From the NCBI GenBank assembly GCA_963666215.2, contig CAXWPL010000005.1, positions 1,088,001 through 1,152,000 on the forward strand: DNA of 64,000 nt. Direction: 5' to 3'. Source of the stretch: Acidobacteriota bacterium. Lineage in GTDB: Bacteria > Acidobacteriota > UBA890 > WLXD01. The notes beneath the pieces were generated by a model. It worked only from the letters and a program-made list of their open reading frames with translations, made no database searches and was not told the origin of the DNA. The position numbers were made by a program, and so were the translations under genes. The stretch's first letter is position 1; every line of letters begins with the position of its first letter. This document shows, one piece after another, positions 49,183 through 59,220 of the stretch.

Positions 49183-49560
49183 CTACTCCAGAAGCTGCGA
49201 CGCCTGGTCGGCATTGGCAACGGCCAGCACGAAGGCGGCCGCTCCGGGGGTGGGCTCGCTCACGCTGTAGGCGTAGTCGATGTTGATCCCCGCCTCACCG
49301 AGGGCGCGCGCGATTTCCGCCAGATTTCCGGCCTCGTCGGGAACCACCAGCCGCAGCACATCGGCAATCTGGTACCGGAAGCCGTGCCCGTCGAGGATTT
49401 CAATCGCGCGGTCGACGTCGCTCACCAGCAAGTGCGCGATGGAGACCCAAACGCCGAACCCCTCGATATTGACACCGCTCTGTCCGAGCAGCTCAGAAAT
49501 CGACCCGAGCGTGCCAGGCTCATCGGCAACTCCAACTCTGAGCTCTCGTGCGGCTGGCAT
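49183..49560 (-). CDS. Tandem ACT-domain protein
   Basis: DEPGTLGSISELLGQSGVNIEG and DEAGNLAEIARALGEAGINIDYAY. Confidence 0.85.
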   Translation of the reverse strand: MPAARELRVGVADEPGTLGSISELLGQSGVNIEGFGVWVSIAHLLVSDVDRAIEILDGHGFRYQIADVLRLVVPDEAGNLAEIARALGEAGINIDYAYSVSEPTPGAAAFVLAVANADQASQLLE

Positions 49561-49765
49561 TGCGGCTCCGGGCTGGTCGGCCGCGACGAGACGTCCGCGA
49601 GCCGGCGACGTGCAGCGAATTCGGAGAGTTCGCAGTGGGCCCATGCTATCAGGGCCTCCTGCCCAGCGGCACAGGTAGAAATCGTTGGAGGACGCGAAGA
49701 AGCACCCGGACAGCGGACAGCAAGAACGCCCCGCTGAGTCCACAGCACAGGCGCGCGTGGCGGAA

Positions 49766-51355
49766 TCAGGCGCCGCCGAGAACCACGTGCGCGGCGTTGC
49801 GGCCCGGCAACCCGTTGAAGCCACCACCGCCGTGGGTCCCACCGCCACACAGAACAACCCCACCAGGGCCGAAGTGGCGAAACATGCCCGGTACCGGCCT
49901 CATATAGAGAAGCTGATCGAGCGCGAGGTCCGCATGCAACAGCCCACCGCCGGCCAGACCGTAGGTCTCCTTGATCGCCCGAGGGGTCAGGATATCGGTG
50001 GCGAGCACACCGTCGGAAAATCCGGGAGCCAAGCGCTCGAGACGCGTGGTTGCGCTGGAAACCACCTCCTCTTGCAATCGAGCGTCCGCCGCTTCGTCGT
50101 CGCGATACGGAACGTGGTGTACCCATACAGAGACCACATGTCGGCCGTCCGGCGCCAGGCTGGGGTCGGCAACGCTCGGAGCCTGCACCTCGAGGCAACC
50201 TTCGGCAGAGAACGAGCCGTACTTGTGGGCATCCGCGCCGCCCTCGATCGCGTCGATCTCGGCGCCGAGGAGGAGCGTACCGCTCCACCCTGCCCGATCG
50301 CTGCCGCGCATGTCGGGCAGCTCCGAGAGCGCGAAACGTACGTGCGCACTGCAACCGCGCGAGCGTATCTCGCCGAATGACCGCCTCAGCTCAGGGGCGA
50401 TGTCGCCCTCGAAGAGCTCGAGCAGCGTGGTACGCGGGTCGAGTGCCGACACCACGACGCCGGCAGAGATCTCCTCGCCACTCTCGAGCCGGATTGCCGT
50501 GGCAGAACCCTCGCCGGGCGCGTCGCTCGAGGTCGGACCCACAAGAATGCCGTCGACGCGAGCCTGGGTGCGAAGCTCAGCGCCGTGTTCAATGCAGGCG
50601 GCCGCGAGCGCGTCGACCACCGCGCCGGTGCCGCCGATCGCCGGGCGTGGTCCGCGCAACAGGCCGCCGCCACCGCCGGCGGCGCGCTGGTGGAGCAAGC
50701 TCAATGCCGTGCCCGGCGCTCGCGGGCCGAGGTGGCTGGCACGCAGCGCCGAAGCGGCGATGGCACCACGAAGTGCGGGGCTGGAAAAGCGTTCCTCGAC
50801 GACGTCCGCGATACACATGGGAGTCAATCGCAGCGCCGCCCGCATCTCTTCGGTTCCGAGACGCTTGAGCTGCAGCCCGGCGGCGAGCAGAGCGAACACG
50901 TCGCCGACGCCGCGAGGCGGCAGCGGCGCCAGCGGTCGGGACATTACGGGCTCGAGCGCCTCCGTGAGTCGGCGCACGAAATCGTCGGTCTTGATGAGCT
51001 CCCTGGCGTCGGACTCGCTCAGCGGCGTCACCACGGAGCCGCCGTCGGCCTGCAGCTGGGCGCTCAGCTGCTGGCCATCCTCGCCCATCACCGTCAACGG
51101 CCCCGTTGGCAGCAGGCGGAGACCATGAGAGTCGAGCGCCAGCTCCGAGTGGACCCGTGGATGCAGGGTTCCCACGCCGGGCCACACCGCCGAGCAACGG
51201 AAGCCGGGGTGGAACTCGACCGTCTCCGCCGTACCACCGAGACGGTCGCGTGCTTCGAGCACGAGAACCCTGCGACCTGCGCGAGCCAAGTAGGCGGCGC
51301 ACGCCAACCCGTTGTGCCCGCCTCCGATGACAACGACGTCGACTCGCGAGCTCAC
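49766..51355 (-). CDS. Phytoene desaturase-like FAD oxidoreductase (paralog 2)
   Basis: VVIGGGHNGLACAAYLARAG.RVLVLE; GGTGAV; LCGGGTHGGGG..GLPG; GTG overlaps the upstream TGA. Confidence 0.9.
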   Translation of the reverse strand: MSSRVDVVVIGGGHNGLACAAYLARAGRRVLVLEARDRLGGTAETVEFHPGFRCSAVWPGVGTLHPRVHSELALDSHGLRLLPTGPLTVMGEDGQQLSAQLQADGGSVVTPLSESDARELIKTDDFVRRLTEALEPVMSRPLAPLPPRGVGDVFALLAAGLQLKRLGTEEMRAALRLTPMCIADVVEERFSSPALRGAIAASALRASHLGPRAPGTALSLLHQRAAGGGGGLLRGPRPAIGGTGAVVDALAAACIEHGAELRTQARVDGILVGPTSSDAPGEGSATAIRLESGEEISAGVVVSALDPRTTLLELFEGDIAPELRRSFGEIRSRGCSAHVRFALSELPDMRGSDRAGWSGTLLLGAEIDAIEGGADAHKYGSFSAEGCLEVQAPSVADPSLAPDGRHVVSVWVHHVPYRDDEAADARLQEEVVSSATTRLERLAPGFSDGVLATDILTPRAIKETYGLAGGGLLHADLALDQLLYMRPVPGMFRHFGPGGVVLCGGGTHGGGGFNGLPGRNAAHVVLGGA

Positions 51356-52956
51356 GACACGTCGCCCAAGACAACCTCGGCGGCAAGCTTGCCAGGCGCT
51401 CCCATCACGCCGCCGCCGGGATGTGTTCCCGAACCGCACATGTACAGCCCCGCAACCGGCGTGCGGTAGTCGGCCCAGCCAGCGAGGGGACGCAGGAAGA
51501 AGAGCTGCTCCAGCGTGAGCTCACCGTGGAAGATGTTGCCCTCGGTGAGTCCGAAAGTGCGCTCCAAATCGAGCGGCGTAACCACCTGCCGATGCAGCAC
51601 GAGCTCGCGGATGTTGGGCGCCAGCTCGGCGAGCGTATCGAGAACGGCGTCGCCGAGCCCGTCGCGGCAGTCGTCCCAGTGCCCCTCGCGCAGGTCGTAC
51701 GGGGCGTACTGAACGAAGCAGGACATTACGTGCTTGCCGGGCGGCGCCATCGAAGGGTCGGCGAGCGTAGGGATCACGACGTCCATATAGGGCCGACGCG
51801 AATAGCGACCGTATTTGGCGTCGTCGTAGGCGCGCTCGAGGTAGTCCACGGAGGGGCTCACCGAGATCGCCCCGCGCAGGTACTCGAGTCGAGGAATGTG
51901 CCCCGGCCCGCGCAACCGTTCGAGGCAGGTGAACTCCGGCAACCCGTCGAGCGCCAAGTTCACCTTGGCTGAGGAGCCACGGATCTTGTAACGAGCCACC
52001 TGCTCCAGGAAGTCTTCGTCGAGATGGTCGGGCCCAACCAAGCTGCCGAACGTGCGTCGCGGGTCGAGGCTGGAAACCACGCAGCCTGCCTGCAGCTCAT
52101 CGCCGTTCTCGAGCACCACGCCAACGGCGCGCCCAGAGCGCACCAGCACGCGATCGACGCTGACCTCGGTGCGTATCTCCGCGCCGAAACCTCGCGCCGA
52201 GGACGCGATGGCCTCCGACACACTACCCATGCCGCCGCGCGGCAGTCCCCAGGCGCGAAACTGTCCGTCGAGCTCGCCCATGTAGTGGTGCAGCATCACA
52301 TAGGCGGAGCCCGGAGAGCGCGGTCCCAAGAAGGTGCCGATGATGCCGCTTGACGCGAGCGTGCCCTTGAGCGCCTCGGTCTCGAACCAGCGATCGACAT
52401 AGTCGGCCGAGCTCATCGTCATCAGCTTGGCGAGCTCGTTGAGTTGGCCAGCGCCCTCACGCATGAACGAACGTCCGACCCGGGCGTGACGCGCCAGATT
52501 CAGAGGCGATGCAGAGGTAGCGTCGGGGGGTATGGTCGACATCATCGGTCGCACGGCCTTCGCCATGTGATAGAGCGTGCGGCCGAACTCCCCGTAGGCG
52601 TCGGCGTCGAGCGGCGAGTGACGATGCAGCTCGCGATGCGTCTCAGCGGCATCGTGCCATCGCATCAGATAGTCGCCCTCGGCCATCGGTGTGAGCGTGC
52701 CGTTGAGCGGCAGCAGCTCGAGACCGAACTTCGGCAGGTCGAGGTCGCTGATGATCTCGGGTCGCAGCAGGCTCACGACGTAGGAGCACACCGAGAACTT
52801 GAAGCCCGGGTACACCTCCTCGGTCACCGCGGCGCCGCCCACCAGGTGGCGGCGTTCGAGCACCAGAACAGATCGGCCGGCACGCGCCAGATAGGCGGCG
52901 CAGATCAACCCGTTGTGCCCTCCGCCGACAATGATCGCGTCGTACTTGCGGGTCAC
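51352..52956 (-). CDS. Phytoene desaturase-like FAD oxidoreductase (paralog 1, PYROXD2-like)
   Basis: IVGGGHNGLICAAYLARAG, GGAAVTEE..PGF.FSVCSYVVSLL, HHYMGE, GNIFHGE, CGSGTHPGGGVMGAPG. Start uncertain. Confidence 0.92.
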   Translation of the reverse strand: MTRKYDAIIVGGGHNGLICAAYLARAGRSVLVLERRHLVGGAAVTEEVYPGFKFSVCSYVVSLLRPEIISDLDLPKFGLELLPLNGTLTPMAEGDYLMRWHDAAETHRELHRHSPLDADAYGEFGRTLYHMAKAVRPMMSTIPPDATSASPLNLARHARVGRSFMREGAGQLNELAKLMTMSSADYVDRWFETEALKGTLASSGIIGTFLGPRSPGSAYVMLHHYMGELDGQFRAWGLPRGGMGSVSEAIASSARGFGAEIRTEVSVDRVLVRSGRAVGVVLENGDELQAGCVVSSLDPRRTFGSLVGPDHLDEDFLEQVARYKIRGSSAKVNLALDGLPEFTCLERLRGPGHIPRLEYLRGAISVSPSVDYLERAYDDAKYGRYSRRPYMDVVIPTLADPSMAPPGKHVMSCFVQYAPYDLREGHWDDCRDGLGDAVLDTLAELAPNIRELVLHRQVVTPLDLERTFGLTEGNIFHGELTLEQLFFLRPLAGWADYRTPVAGLYMCGSGTHPGGGVMGAPGKLAAEVVLGDVS

Positions 52957-53122
52957 GAGTGGCACCGGCGACAGTAGCAGCGGGTCGGATACGTCCCGCG
53001 AGGAAGGGCAGCCCTGAGGGCAGCGAAATAATCGCTTTCGAGGCGGCAGCATCGTACCGTATCGGCCACCTCGTCGCGGCCCGAACAAGGCCGCAGCCTC
53101 ACTCTGCGAGACTTCAAAATCG

Positions 53123-54316
53123 ATGGCAATAGGAACTCCCTTTCATCCACGCACTCTGCCTCTGTCGCACGCCATGGACTGGCGACTGTGGTCGGGCTAC
53201 TACGTCGCCGCCAACTACAACGAGTTCCACCATCCCGAGTACGCGGCGATCCGAAACGCCTCGGCGCTCATCGACGTCTCGCCGCTGTTCAAGTACGAGG
53301 TCCGAGGACGCGACGCACAGCGCCTCGTCGATCGCGTCTTCACACGCGACTTCTCGAAAATCGAGCCTGGGCAGGCTGTCTACACTCCTTGGTGCGACGA
53401 CGCTGGGCATCTGGTGCAAGAGGGCACGGTGTTCCGCCTCGAGGACGAGCGCTTTCAGGTCAACGCCGCGGAACCGGCACTCGCCTGGCTGCATCGCAAC
53501 AGCGTTGGGCTTCGGGCCGAGATCGAGGACGTCTCCACGCGCATCGCGGCGCTGTCGTTGCAGGGCCCGACGTCGCGTTCGATCCTCGCGGCAGTCACCG
53601 ATGGCGAGCCCGACGTAGCGGCGTTGCGCTTCTTCCGCATTCTTCACACGCGCATCGGCAGCACGCCGGTGATGATCTCCCGCACGGGCTACACCGGCGA
53701 CCTCGGCTACGAGATCTGGCTCGAAGCCGATTCCGCGCTGCGAGTATGGGATGTGCTCATGGGCGGCGGCAAGGACTATGGGCTCACGCCATGCGGCCTG
53801 ATGTCGATGGACACGGCCAGGATCGAAGCTGGATTCATGCTGATCGGGGTCGACTACGTCGGTGCCGAGTACGCGCTCATCGACGCCGACAAGTCGAGCC
53901 CGTACGAGCTCGGGCTCGGATGGTCGATCAAGCTCGACAAGGGACCGTTCGTCGGCCGCCAAGCGCTCGCTCGCGAGCGGCAGGCGGGAAGCGCCTGGTC
54001 GTTCGTCGGCCTCGAAATCGAGTGGGCGCCGCTGCAAACCATGTATGCACGCGACGGGCTGATGCCTGACCTGCCGCTCGAGCCTTGCCGCGAGCCGGTG
54101 CCGATCTACTCCGGCGGCCGACAGGTCGGCCGTGCCACGACGCGCGTCTGGTCGACGCTGCTGAAGAAGTATCTGGCCCTGGCAACCGTTGAGACACCGT
54201 TCGCTGCCCCCGGGACCCCGCTCGAGATGGAGGTCACGGTGCACTACGAGCGCGAGCGAGCGCCAGCGCAGGTCGCGGCCCTGCCCTTCTTCCGACCCGA
54301 GCGCATGCGGGCCTAG
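53123..54316 (+). CDS. Aminomethyltransferase (GcvT/folate-binding family)
   Basis: TPFH, EY.AIR...LIDVSPL.K, LSLQGP, SRTGYTGDLGYE, RIEAG, SPYELGLGW, LPFF.P.R. Confidence 0.9.
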   Translation: MAIGTPFHPRTLPLSHAMDWRLWSGYYVAANYNEFHHPEYAAIRNASALIDVSPLFKYEVRGRDAQRLVDRVFTRDFSKIEPGQAVYTPWCDDAGHLVQEGTVFRLEDERFQVNAAEPALAWLHRNSVGLRAEIEDVSTRIAALSLQGPTSRSILAAVTDGEPDVAALRFFRILHTRIGSTPVMISRTGYTGDLGYEIWLEADSALRVWDVLMGGGKDYGLTPCGLMSMDTARIEAGFMLIGVDYVGAEYALIDADKSSPYELGLGWSIKLDKGPFVGRQALARERQAGSAWSFVGLEIEWAPLQTMYARDGLMPDLPLEPCREPVPIYSGGRQVGRATTRVWSTLLKKYLALATVETPFAAPGTPLEMEVTVHYERERAPAQVAALPFFRPERMRA

Positions 54317-54324
54317 CGGGGCGC

Positions 54325-54582
54325 ATGCGCGCCTGGAAGAAAACCAACAGGAACGGCCGCGTACGGTTTCAGGTCAAAGTGAACGCCGGCGCCAAGGGCG
54401 ACAGCGTGCGGATGTTGGCACCTGGGTACTACCAGGTTCGCACCAGCGCGCCCCCCGAGGGGGGCCACGCCAACCGGCGTGTGCTCGAGCTTCTGGCAAG
54501 GGAGCTTGCCTGCGAGGTTGCCGCGCTGCGTATCGTGCGGGGGGCAAGGAGCGCACTCAAAGAAGTCGAGCGGAGCCCCTGA
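54325..54582 (+). CDS. DUF167 (YggU-like) protein
   Basis: VKVNAGAK, SAPPEGGHAN, IVRGARS..K. Confidence 0.8.
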   Translation: MRAWKKTNRNGRVRFQVKVNAGAKGDSVRMLAPGYYQVRTSAPPEGGHANRRVLELLARELACEVAALRIVRGARSALKEVERSP

Positions 54583-54672
54583 CCCCGTCAGCCGTTGACT
54601 CCCAGGCGCGCGACCACGCGAGTCGGCCGTGGGCCGCGGCCCGGAGCCCGGCGGCTCGCTCGCAGAAGGAGA

Positions 54673-55353
54673 TCAGACGGGAACCGGATGGCGTGCCAAT
54701 CGGGTCGCCAGCCACAGGCCCCACGGACCCCACATCAGGTAGCTCAAGCGCGCGGGCACGGCGCCGTCAGGCGCTTGCCAAACCACCTGAAGAGCCAACG
54801 CGGCGAGTGCCGCACTGGCGCAAATGAGCGAAAAGGCGCCCAGAGCGCGCCCGCCGACGAGCACAGAACCGGCCGACGACGCTGGCTGCGGCCGGAACGC
54901 AAGATAGCCCCCAACCACCAACCACCAGGCCGCCACTGCCGAGACTGCCAGAATCTCGCTCAGCAAGATCGGCCAATCCAGCAGGTCGGCCACCAGCCCG
55001 GCGCCTGAGATCAGAAAGCCCATGGCACCGAGAAGAGCCCAATAGCGCAGATGACGCGCGCGCTGCGGAAGCTCGGAGTTGGCGCCCAGCGCCATCGACG
55101 CGCCCGCCAAGGCGAAGCCCGCGGCGGCGAAGCCCATCCCGACGAGGATTCCCCCACTCCCGCCGAGGTGGAACGGCATCAGCACAGTCGACAGCGCGGC
55201 CAGCAGGCCGCCTACGAGCGCGGCGCGCGCTCCCGGAAGTCCCCACCCCGTGCGCGCGATCGCCGCCTCCGGTTTCCCGCTGGCGCCGAGCGCCTCGATT
55301 ATCGCGGGATCCGGGCCCGACGATCTCGAACTGTCGTCGTCTTTGCTTTCCAT
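54673..55353 (-). CDS. Hypothetical multi-TM membrane protein
   Basis: About 6 hydrophobic helices; same strand as, and downstream of, the GT2 cluster. Confidence 0.65.
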   Translation of the reverse strand: MESKDDDSSRSSGPDPAIIEALGASGKPEAAIARTGWGLPGARAALVGGLLAALSTVLMPFHLGGSGGILVGMGFAAAGFALAGASMALGANSELPQRARHLRYWALLGAMGFLISGAGLVADLLDWPILLSEILAVSAVAAWWLVVGGYLAFRPQPASSAGSVLVGGRALGAFSLICASAALAALALQVVWQAPDGAVPARLSYLMWGPWGLWLATRLARHPVPV

Positions 55354-55473
55354 GATGGATCGGGCGGCGACGCCAAAGCGCCGCGTGTCCGACCGCGAAT
55401 CCTAGCAGATCCCGCTCACGGAGCGCCCACTCCAGCCACCAGGCGGCGACTCGCGAATCCCCGGACTTCCGAA

Positions 55474-57747
55474 CTACGCCAGCAGCAGAAAGGCCGCGGC
55501 AGACGAAGCCACTTGAATCGTGAAGTTGTCGAGCCCGTGATTGCTGAAGGCCTCGACGGCGGCGCCGAACAGGCCACATGCAAGACCACCCATGAGCGCC
55601 GTGATCGCCGGCATGCCGAAGGCTAGCAAGCCGGCCATCGCTGCCACCGAACCGCCCGTAAAGACGGCAAGAGATCCTTCGAGCGTGCGGTGGGCGGGCA
55701 CGCCGGCGAGCGATGGAACCCGATAGTCGTGTCGCCCCCAGCGCGCGCCAACCGGCTCACCAAGAGCGTCCCCCCAGCCGCATACCAGATAGCCAATGAA
55801 GGCGAACTGCGGGAACAGCAGGTTGCTCAGGAGCCCGCCCGCGGCAGTGGTCACCATCGGCACGAGGATAAAGAGCGAGCGCCGCGGACGGTCGCTGTCG
55901 CGGGCCATCGACTCGTAGAAGGCGAAGCCGTCTCCTCGCCACACCGCGAACATCACGCAGCTCGTGATCACGATACCGAAGAGCATGACGCTCGGAAGCC
56001 CCAACGTCAGCTGAATCGCGCCTGCCATCGTGAAGATAAGAAAGTGGAAGATCTTGCGGGTGTAGGAGGTTTTGACTCCCTTGGTGACCCGTAGCCAGCC
56101 GGCCAACGTCGCGGCAAACAATCCGTAGAACAAGAACGCCACGCTCAGCGCGGCCAACACGCCGACCGACGGGACCACCGCGGCGTAGGTGGCGGCAGGA
56201 TCGGTCATGAAGCCCATCAGCAGGCTGCCTGCGCTGAGGGCATGCGCGACTCCGGGCGCCGGGGCCACTGTCGAGGCTTGCGCCTGCCGCTGCGGACCCT
56301 CGCGCAGCGCCTGCGCGATGCGGGCCTGCAGCCCTTCGAGTGCCGGACCGTAGACGTACCAGGGCCCGCCCTGCGCAAGAGTGCCGACGAGCTCGGTCGA
56401 GTACTCCTCGAACGCCTGCCACTCGAGCGGAACACTCCGGGCGATCTCGCGATCAACATCGGTGTCAGCTCGCCGCTCTCCAAGGTAAACGATGCCGCGT
56501 ACGCCCCGACGATGCAGGTAGGTCCCGAACTCCGGACCATCGGGACGCGGACCCGTGGCAACGTTGGCCCCTATCAGCTCGACCTGCCCGCCACCCATCG
56601 GCTCGCGAAAGAGCTCCGGCGGCAGCGGAGGCAGATCGCTCTCATAGGCGAGCTGGAACGCTTGTGTGGCGGTCGAATTGGGGAGAAAGGCGTGCACCGC
56701 CAGCGGCCGCGGCAGCTGCTTGACGCGGCGCGCAGCGGCGAGGACGACCTGCGGGTCGTAGCGCTGCCAGGAAACCGGCAAAGCGGAGTACGGCACCTCG
56801 AAGTCTGCGAGCGCCTGCTCCTCCTTCTCGATCCAAGGACGATCCTCTGGATTGTCCGGGTCGAGCAGCGAGACGACGTGCTCGAGCTCGCCGGCCAGGT
56901 AAAACGCGAAGAGCTCCTCGTCGGTGGGGAACGGAGTGACGAACACACCCGGCTCGAGCTCGACAATCGGACCGCGTTCGAACGCTTCTTTTTTGCCGAG
57001 CGAGTACGCCGTCTCGGCAGTGTCTGTTTGCGCCTGCTTGGTGATTCTCTCCACGAGATTGCGAACCACCCCGACACGGTCGCGGCCCAGGTAGCAGTGG
57101 ACGTAGTAACGACCGGTCCCCGAGGTCGCGAGGCTCTTGATCTTGGCCAGTGAGTCGACGTTGTCGCTCACCCACGGCAGCATCGGCGTGTGGATGAGCT
57201 CCAGACCCGCTTCAGCGATCGCGGCGCGCTCGTCGGCGAGCAACTTGGGCTCGAATGGGACCACCGCGGGATGGAGCAGGCTGATCACACCGGTGTAGCC
57301 CTCGTCGCGCAGCGTGGCCAGCCTGTCGGCGTCGGGATACGGGCCGAAGGTGAACCGCGACACCTCGCTAACCTGAGTTGTCTGCAGGCCGATCATCACG
57401 GCCGGCGTCATCCAGAGCCACATCGTGGCGCCGGTAACGAGCACGAGACAAACGAGGGTCGCCACGGTCGCGTGCATTCCGCTGGAGCCGAGGCGGCGCG
57501 TGATCACCCAGCTCAGCAACGCTGAGCCGACCACAAACAGCCCGATGATGGCCATCACGCCAACGTTCTCGACGCCGTCGCCCCACTCCGCCGAGCGCGC
57601 TCGTTCGGTGAACCAGCGAACCGGGCCGAGCAGCGTCATCGATCCGGTAACGAAGCCGATCGGCCCCCAGACCGCGAAGAACGTCGCCCAGCAGGCGAGC
57701 TTGGAGCGCTCGCGCGGCTGATCGACCGTGATCAAGGTTGTGCTCAT
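55474..57747 (-). CDS. Membrane protein: 3 TM + three PTP/DSP-like domains + CTP_transf_1 (dolichol/phytol kinase-like) domain
   Basis: VISLL...YVHCYLGRDR (CX5R); second repeat VVSLL...AVHAFLPNS; third degenerate repeat; C-terminal TRKIFH, GWGDALGEPVG.RWGRH, RTLEGS, VE......DN. Confidence 0.8.
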   Translation of the reverse strand: MSTTLITVDQPRERSKLACWATFFAVWGPIGFVTGSMTLLGPVRWFTERARSAEWGDGVENVGVMAIIGLFVVGSALLSWVITRRLGSSGMHATVATLVCLVLVTGATMWLWMTPAVMIGLQTTQVSEVSRFTFGPYPDADRLATLRDEGYTGVISLLHPAVVPFEPKLLADERAAIAEAGLELIHTPMLPWVSDNVDSLAKIKSLATSGTGRYYVHCYLGRDRVGVVRNLVERITKQAQTDTAETAYSLGKKEAFERGPIVELEPGVFVTPFPTDEELFAFYLAGELEHVVSLLDPDNPEDRPWIEKEEQALADFEVPYSALPVSWQRYDPQVVLAAARRVKQLPRPLAVHAFLPNSTATQAFQLAYESDLPPLPPELFREPMGGGQVELIGANVATGPRPDGPEFGTYLHRRGVRGIVYLGERRADTDVDREIARSVPLEWQAFEEYSTELVGTLAQGGPWYVYGPALEGLQARIAQALREGPQRQAQASTVAPAPGVAHALSAGSLLMGFMTDPAATYAAVVPSVGVLAALSVAFLFYGLFAATLAGWLRVTKGVKTSYTRKIFHFLIFTMAGAIQLTLGLPSVMLFGIVITSCVMFAVWRGDGFAFYESMARDSDRPRRSLFILVPMVTTAAGGLLSNLLFPQFAFIGYLVCGWGDALGEPVGARWGRHDYRVPSLAGVPAHRTLEGSLAVFTGGSVAAMAGLLAFGMPAITALMGGLACGLFGAAVEAFSNHGLDNFTIQVASSAAAFLLLA

Positions 57748-57842
57748 CGCCCCGTACCCTTCATGGTGTCGCGTGGCTGTCGGTGGCCTGCCGTAATCTG
57801 TTCTTCGACGGCGCCGATGACGACGCCAGCTTTCAAGAAGTC

Positions 57843-59195
57843 CTAGAAGCGGCGCTCGAGCCCGACGCCGAAGTTGAACTGCCGTCGGTCACGACTGAAG
57901 GCGAGCTTCTCCCACGAGTAGCCCGCGCTGAACTTGAACATGAACAAGCCGCCAAATGCCTTCTGGCCGCGAAGCGCTACCTTGCGCGAGTCGAATCGAG
58001 CCAGGTCGATCGTGCTGGTGATCTCGCCCGGCGACGAGCCGGTGCCGGCGGTAACGCCCAGGTAGTTGTCGGGGCCGCCGAAGTAGCGCCGCACGGTCAG
58101 GTTGTACGACTGCGAAGTCCCCTCCGACTTCGGCGTGATGTACGGGCGCAGCGAGATCCAGTAGTTGCCCTGGTACTTCGCGATGGTGCCGGTGTAAATC
58201 GTCACCTCCGACGACTCGAACTGCAGCCAGCGGAACCCGCCCGACAGCTCGACGCCGTGCGGCAGGTTCGCGTACAGCTCGCCACCTACCCTGTTCTTTG
58301 GAAAGAACCGATGCGACGAGTAGCCGTAGTTGACGTAGGCGTAGAGGCCCTTCGCGAGACGGGGATAGGCATCAATCTCGTACTGTGCCGTGTCCTCGCG
58401 AAACCGGTTGGCGTAGTTGGCGCGCACGATCACCGAGCCCCTGCTCGTGCGATGTCCTAGAGCGAACGATGCCTGGTGCCACGGATTCGAGAAGGAGTCG
58501 ATGTCGGTGAAGCCGTACGTCAGCGAAGCTTTGCTGCGCATGCCGACCTGGCGCACGCTCTCCATGAGCTTGGCAGCATCCGCATCGCCAGGACTCACCC
58601 GCAGCAGCTGGTCGAGGGTCACTGCCGCGTCCGACAGCCGCCCCAAATCTCGTTCGGCGCGCGCCTTGCGCAGCAGGAACTTCTCGCTGTTGGGTTGGCG
58701 CCGAAGACCGTCGACGAGCGCGTCGAGCGCCCCGCCAGGGTTGTCGGCCCAGAGCTCGGTGTCGACCAGAGCGACCCGCGCATCGGCGAAATCGGGCTTG
58801 GCGCGCAGCACAATCAGAAACTGCTCACGCGCCTCGTCGTACTGCCGGTCCCAGGCGTGTACCCGGCCCAGCAGAACGCGAGCGTCGTGGTGCGAAGGCT
58901 TTGCGGCCAGGATCTCGCGGCACAGCGCACGCGCCGCCTCACGCTCGCCCGCGAAGGCCAGGCGTCGCGCCTCGTCGAAGGCATCGTCGGGTGCCGCACT
59001 GGCCACGAACAGGGGTGAGATCACCGCCGCTGGAGTTGATGCAAGGGCGGCGCTTGGCGCCGAGAGCAGGAGCACAGCCAGCAGCCCGAAGATGGTAGAA
59101 ACGCCAGCGGCGCGCGCTGGCTTGGGTGTAGCGCTGATCATGGTCAACCTCCTGGATCTGATCACTTTTCTCTGGGATTCGTTGCTTGGATTCAC
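57843..59195 (-). CDS. TPR + YaiO-family outer-membrane beta-barrel
   Basis: Signal peptide, TPRs (DARVLLGRVHAWDRQYDEAR), NYANRF...QYEIDAYP, YAYVNYGYS..FFP, KYQGNYW, C-terminal Phe. Start may be 59141 (MISAT). Confidence 0.85.
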   Translation of the reverse strand: MNPSNESQRKVIRSRRLTMISATPKPARAAGVSTIFGLLAVLLLSAPSAALASTPAAVISPLFVASAAPDDAFDEARRLAFAGEREAARALCREILAAKPSHHDARVLLGRVHAWDRQYDEAREQFLIVLRAKPDFADARVALVDTELWADNPGGALDALVDGLRRQPNSEKFLLRKARAERDLGRLSDAAVTLDQLLRVSPGDADAAKLMESVRQVGMRSKASLTYGFTDIDSFSNPWHQASFALGHRTSRGSVIVRANYANRFREDTAQYEIDAYPRLAKGLYAYVNYGYSSHRFFPKNRVGGELYANLPHGVELSGGFRWLQFESSEVTIYTGTIAKYQGNYWISLRPYITPKSEGTSQSYNLTVRRYFGGPDNYLGVTAGTGSSPGEITSTIDLARFDSRKVALRGQKAFGGLFMFKFSAGYSWEKLAFSRDRRQFNFGVGLERRF

Positions 59196-59220
59196 GCCTG
59201 TTCGCGCGGCCGCGCGATCC

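Noticed and set aside
49766-52956. Carotenoid biosynthesis cluster (crtI)
   Set aside because: No phytoene synthase, cyclase or prenyltransferase nearby; the motifs fit the PYROXD2-like branch.
53123-54316. Canonical glycine cleavage gcvT
   Set aside because: No gcvH or gcvP adjacent and the sequence is a divergent family member, so no symbol was given.
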